Source: Promethearchaeota archaeon | GTDB taxonomy: Archaea; Asgardarchaeota; Lokiarchaeia; Sigyniarchaeales; SOKP01 | Assembly (NCBI GenBank): GCA_018238625.1 | Contig: JABCSY010000120.1 | Coordinates: 1 to 11,296 of the forward strand | Reading direction: 5' to 3' | DNA length: 11,296 bases | Shown here: positions 7,980-11,296 of the stretch, piece after piece | Position numbering within the stretch: the first letter of the stretch is position 1 | Layout of the letters: each line of letters starts with the position of its first letter | The notes under the pieces: model-generated | The model's database searches: none | Seen by the model: the letters and a program-made list of their open reading frames with translations, nothing else | Told to the model about the DNA's origin: nothing | Made by a program: the position numbers and the translations under genes

Positions 7980-8216
7980 TTTATGCTCTCCGATTTTATG
8001 TTTCCCTTAATTTCCATCAAAATAATTAATAGTCTCTATAGGAAGTTATAAAAATTTGAGGAATGTTGGTGTTTTTATTTATTAGTATAAGCTTGTAAAC
8101 TGATTTAAATTTCATTTTTATAAAATATTAAATTTATAACATGGTTTAGCTTAGATTATTTTATAGATTCTGAACTTAATAAAATGTCAAGAAAGATAAT
8201 TTGAGAATTCTTTAAG

Positions 8217-8903
8217 TTGGTGAGAATAATTAGCCGTTCATGGATTATTGGTTGTTTAAGTTTGATAAGTTTAGGTCTATTAACAACCTCTTATTTTTTT
8301 CTATTCTTATTCGGGATGTTGTATTTTGCAATATTAGTACCAGTAGGGTTATTTTTATCTATAGTATTTTTACTCCGGGGGGCAATTTATTCGTTTAAAG
8401 AGCAAACTTCAAGGAACTCTCGGTTTTTAGGAGAACATCTTGGTCAACTTTTAAATGTTTTATATGGAGTTATTATGATTATTATCACGATCCCTATTGG
8501 TATGTTTATTGGTAATGAAATGATGGGGAAACTTGGAGAACCTTTATATTTTTATGGTGCGATTTCTATGTCTCTATGGACATTAAGTGGTTCTCTTGGA
8601 TTTTTTTGCCTGGCGATTAATCCAACAGAGAAAAGTGAAGTTTCAGAAAAATTATCTAAAAGGGATAAGAAGGTGCGAAGATTTTTATTATTACTATTAT
8701 TTATTGGGAAGGTACTGACGATAATTGGGATGTTTGTATTATATTATATGTTTGAGCCAACGATAAATTATGATGAGTTTCCAATTTATATATTTCAGTT
8801 GCTAATCTATATTATTCCTTGTTTATGTTGGTTACTTGGAGCATTTTGGATTTTTGATAAAATGAAGAAGTGGATAAAGAAGAAATATGAAACTGAGGCA
8901 TGA
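8217..8903 (+). CDS. Hypothetical polytopic membrane protein (~6 TM)
   Basis: 228-aa ORF with a TTG start, multiple hydrophobic segments, basic loops and a basic C-tail; no recognised motif. Confidence 0.75.
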   Translation: MVRIISRSWIIGCLSLISLGLLTTSYFFLFLFGMLYFAILVPVGLFLSIVFLLRGAIYSFKEQTSRNSRFLGEHLGQLLNVLYGVIMIIITIPIGMFIGNEMMGKLGEPLYFYGAISMSLWTLSGSLGFFCLAINPTEKSEVSEKLSKRDKKVRRFLLLLLFIGKVLTIIGMFVLYYMFEPTINYDEFPIYIFQLLIYIIPCLCWLLGAFWIFDKMKKWIKKKYETEA

Positions 8904-9101
8904 ATAAAACGCTAATAATTTTAATCCTTAGATAATTAACCTGTTTTTTGTCTCGAAAATTTACATCCTCTTTTTCTTTCTAGCTTTCCTTCCATTACGA
9001 GATGGGCAAGAACATAACTAAAAATAAAATCATTAGAGAAATTTTTTCATATTATTTTAAGATATTATAAATAGCATCCAAATCATATAACGATGAAAAT
9101 T

Positions 9102-9135
9102 AAAAAAAAAAGAATAAAAAAGATAAAGAAATAAG
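9102..9135 (-). terminator. Pyrimidine-rich/oligo-T terminator of metVF
   Basis: The minus strand just after the metF stop is T-rich and ends in T10 (A-run 9102-9111). Confidence 0.55.
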
Positions 9136-9151
9136 AGAGATTTATTAAGTT

Positions 9152-10081
9152 CTATCCTCCGATAATATCCATTAGTTTAGGGAATATTCGTGGGTAATGT
9201 ACAGCCATACAATGGATTCCATCAATGAGACCTTTTTTTCTAAGCTCACCAATGAACGGCTTGAAAAGTTCATAATTATATTGGTCGTACAATTCCTTTT
9301 TCTGTTTTTTGTCAGTGACATCCTTCTTTACGCTCTTCCACTTAGCCAAGATCTCCTTAGGGACGCTGACGCCTGGAACAAAAGTATCGAAACCTTTAGC
9401 AATTCCATACGACTTCATTGGAAAGATTCCGAGTAGAATAGGTACTTTATACTTCCTGATTCCTGTTAGAAATTCTATCGTTCGATCAAGATCGTAAACT
9501 ACTTGGGTTTGTATAAATTCGCAACCCGCTTCTGCTTTTCTACCAATTTTCAAGACTTCTGGCCCCATTGGATCAGAATTAGGATTTGCTGCGCCCCCTA
9601 CATGCAACTTTGGAGGATCTTCAACCTCATGCCCGTTAATTGAACCTTTATCAACCATTTCCCGTACAAGCTTAATTAAAGTTGCGGAATCAAGATCGAA
9701 AACGGGTTTAGATTCAGGCATGTCACCCAATGCCGTGTGGTCGCCAGTGAGAGAAAGGATATTGTGAATACCAAGAGCCTGAGCGCCCATGATCATGCCG
9801 GCAATGCCTAATTTATTAACATCTCTCACGGTCATCTGCCAAACGCATTCTAAGCCAGCAGCTTTTTGAATTAAATGCGTGGCTGCCATAGAATTTATTG
9901 TTACGATCCCCAAAGGACTATCTGTTACATTTGCGGCAATAACATACGGAGCCATCTGCTTCGCTTCTTCGATCGTATGGGAAAGGTCGCAAGTCTTTTC
10001 TGGTTCGAGTTCGCCAGTCAATATGAACTCGCCCTTTGCGAGAGCTTCTCCTAACTTTGAATATGATTTTACTTCTGTCAT
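9152..10081 (-). CDS. metF: 5,10-methylenetetrahydrofolate reductase, flavin subunit
   Basis: Motifs TGELEP, NVTDSP, NILSLTGDH, GGAANP and FIQTQVVYD. Start set to ATG 10081, 8 nt after the metV stop and preceded by GGAGGT. Confidence 0.92.
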   Translation of the reverse strand: MTEVKSYSKLGEALAKGEFILTGELEPEKTCDLSHTIEEAKQMAPYVIAANVTDSPLGIVTINSMAATHLIQKAAGLECVWQMTVRDVNKLGIAGMIMGAQALGIHNILSLTGDHTALGDMPESKPVFDLDSATLIKLVREMVDKGSINGHEVEDPPKLHVGGAANPNSDPMGPEVLKIGRKAEAGCEFIQTQVVYDLDRTIEFLTGIRKYKVPILLGIFPMKSYGIAKGFDTFVPGVSVPKEILAKWKSVKKDVTDKKQKKELYDQYNYELFKPFIGELRKKGLIDGIHCMAVHYPRIFPKLMDIIGG

Positions 10082-10089
10082 TTTCACAT

Positions 10090-10761
10090 CTACCTCCATA
10101 CTACCTCTCTTTGATGGCCAATATCACTCCAATCTAGGGGGTCTCTTAATTTTGAGAACAAATCTAAACGTCCTAATTCTTTCAAGCGATTATAAATCAA
10201 TACCCATCCGCAATCCTTCTCGTAATTGCCCACTTCACACTTTCCATCCACCATTCCACCACAGGGTCCATTCATAAGCGCTTTAGCGCAGGTTGTTATG
10301 GGACAAATTCCACCAGTTTCGTTTAATAAACATTGTCCACACCCCTGGCAGCGCATATAGAAGCGTCCGATGCGTTCTGTCTCGCCTATAAACTCCGTGT
10401 TATTAGCCGTAAAAACAGGTATTTTTGGGTGATTTTTTGAAAGAACTGTAATAATTGATTGTACACCTAAACCGCAGGCTAGCGTTAAAATACCATCAGA
10501 TTTCTTAACATCGTCATCAATATCTCGCAAATCTTTTTTCATCACACGGTTATCACAAACATCTTCGCTCACTATTGCATTAGTAACATTAAAGCCTCTT
10601 TCTTTTAGCTTTTCCGACCATTCTTCAGCCCCTTCTTCCCCTCCAGTTTGACAGAGAGCCGCGCAAACCCCACAGCTCACGACAAGTACATTTTTAACTT
10701 TAAAATTGTTAAGTGCTTCAAAAACTTCTTCCTCTGGTTTTTTTGTAGTTATTACAACCAT
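10090..10761 (-). CDS. metV: MTHFR Fe-S small subunit (MTHFR_C domain, MetV)
   Basis: CGVCAALC and C-terminal CQGCGQCLLNETGGICPITTCAKALMNGPCGG...CEV...CGW, directly upstream of metF. ATG 10761 is preferred as start. Confidence 0.88.
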   Translation of the reverse strand: MVVITTKKPEEEVFEALNNFKVKNVLVVSCGVCAALCQTGGEEGAEEWSEKLKERGFNVTNAIVSEDVCDNRVMKKDLRDIDDDVKKSDGILTLACGLGVQSIITVLSKNHPKIPVFTANNTEFIGETERIGRFYMRCQGCGQCLLNETGGICPITTCAKALMNGPCGGMVDGKCEVGNYEKDCGWVLIYNRLKELGRLDLFSKLRDPLDWSDIGHQREVVWR

Positions 10762-11032
10762 AATTTTTAACTCTTTTTTTTTGATTTTAGAAGATTTTAA
10801 ATTTATTATATTTGTGATAAACAAATTAATGAAATTATTAATAATTTATTTTTTTAGATCAAAGGCAAACATTTTCTAAGACTAAATTAATTGTCATTTT
10901 GATAAGATTAATAATCTAGATGATGGTTTTCAAAAAATTGATCAATAATGTCAACTTCATGATCAAATTCAAGAATACTATCTATTAAATTGGATTAATT
11001 AATACCCTTAAAAATTCGAATAGAATATTATT

Positions 11033-11043
11033 AAAAAAAAAAA
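11033..11043 (-). terminator. Possible oligo-T terminator of the right-edge gene
   Basis: T11 on the minus strand 15 nt after the TAA at 11059-11061. Confidence 0.45.
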
Positions 11044-11058
11044 TAAGAATTAATATTA

Positions 11059-11296
11059 TTATATTGCTAACATACTAGGAAGAATTTTGGCTAATGGAAC
11101 TGCAAGTCCACCGAGAAGAGAGCCAATAGATGTGAATTTTTTCAAATAAGACTTTATATCTTTAGTTACTTTTATGCATTTTGTTTTACCTTCGATAATT
11201 GTGCCATCTGAATCTAATAGAAATATTTGAATTGTTTGTTCACCTGTTTCTCTTGGCTCTAAAGTTAGCCAAGTAGTATCCCCATTTTCTTACATT
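11059..11296 (-). CDS. 3' fragment of a hypothetical protein entering from the right edge, with an apparent frame disruption near 11281
   Basis: Open frame 11289-11059: ENGDTTWLTLEPRETGEQTIQIFLLDSDGTIIEGKTKCIKVTKDIKSYLKKFTSIGSLLGGLAVPLAKILPSMLAI*. It has no plausible start and an in-frame TAA at 11290-11292. Confidence 0.55.

Noticed and set aside
1006-10277. Short track ORFs 1006-1227, 2465-2731, 4783-4977, 6324-6560, 6958-7221, 7240-7452, 7603-7812, 9197-9436, 9309-9497 and 9879-10277
   Set aside because: They are antisense or alternate-frame shadows of well-supported genes and carry no recognisable motifs.
10762-10824. Extended TTG start for metV (and ATG 10099 for metF)
   Set aside because: The metV extension is low-complexity AT-rich sequence, and the metF extension overlaps metV and contains the SD-like GGAGGT. 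The downstream ATGs fit better.
10832-10847. Perfect palindrome AAATTATTAATAATTT upstream of metV
   Set aside because: It is A/T-only within extremely AT-rich DNA, so chance is likely, and it does not match the 2330-2345 palindrome.
10825-11058. SAM or THF riboswitch upstream of metVF
   Set aside because: No recognisable consensus or GC-paired stems by eye; an Rfam cmscan would be needed to exclude it formally.

Overview
AT-rich prokaryotic window, probably archaeal. The gene mix and oligo-T terminators resemble Asgard/Lokiarchaeia, but this is inference only. Left to right: the 5' part of an MglA-like small GTPase missed by the ORF track; a HAD hydrolase and a core (catalytic-domain-only) methionine synthase in a likely operon; a divergent radical SAM protein behind a 60-bp intergenic region with a perfect 16-bp palindrome; and an orphan gamma-class N6-adenine DNA methyltransferase. 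Next is a ~650-bp tandem duplication giving two 4-TM membrane paralogs with hypervariable segments, plus a duplicated MTase promoter and 5' remnant pointing antisense into copy 1. Then come a PAS histidine kinase, a polytopic membrane protein, a metV-metF pair and a 3' gene fragment at the right edge. The duplication and the methyl/methionine gene neighbourhood are the most interesting parts. No CRISPR array, RNA gene or transposase was recognised.
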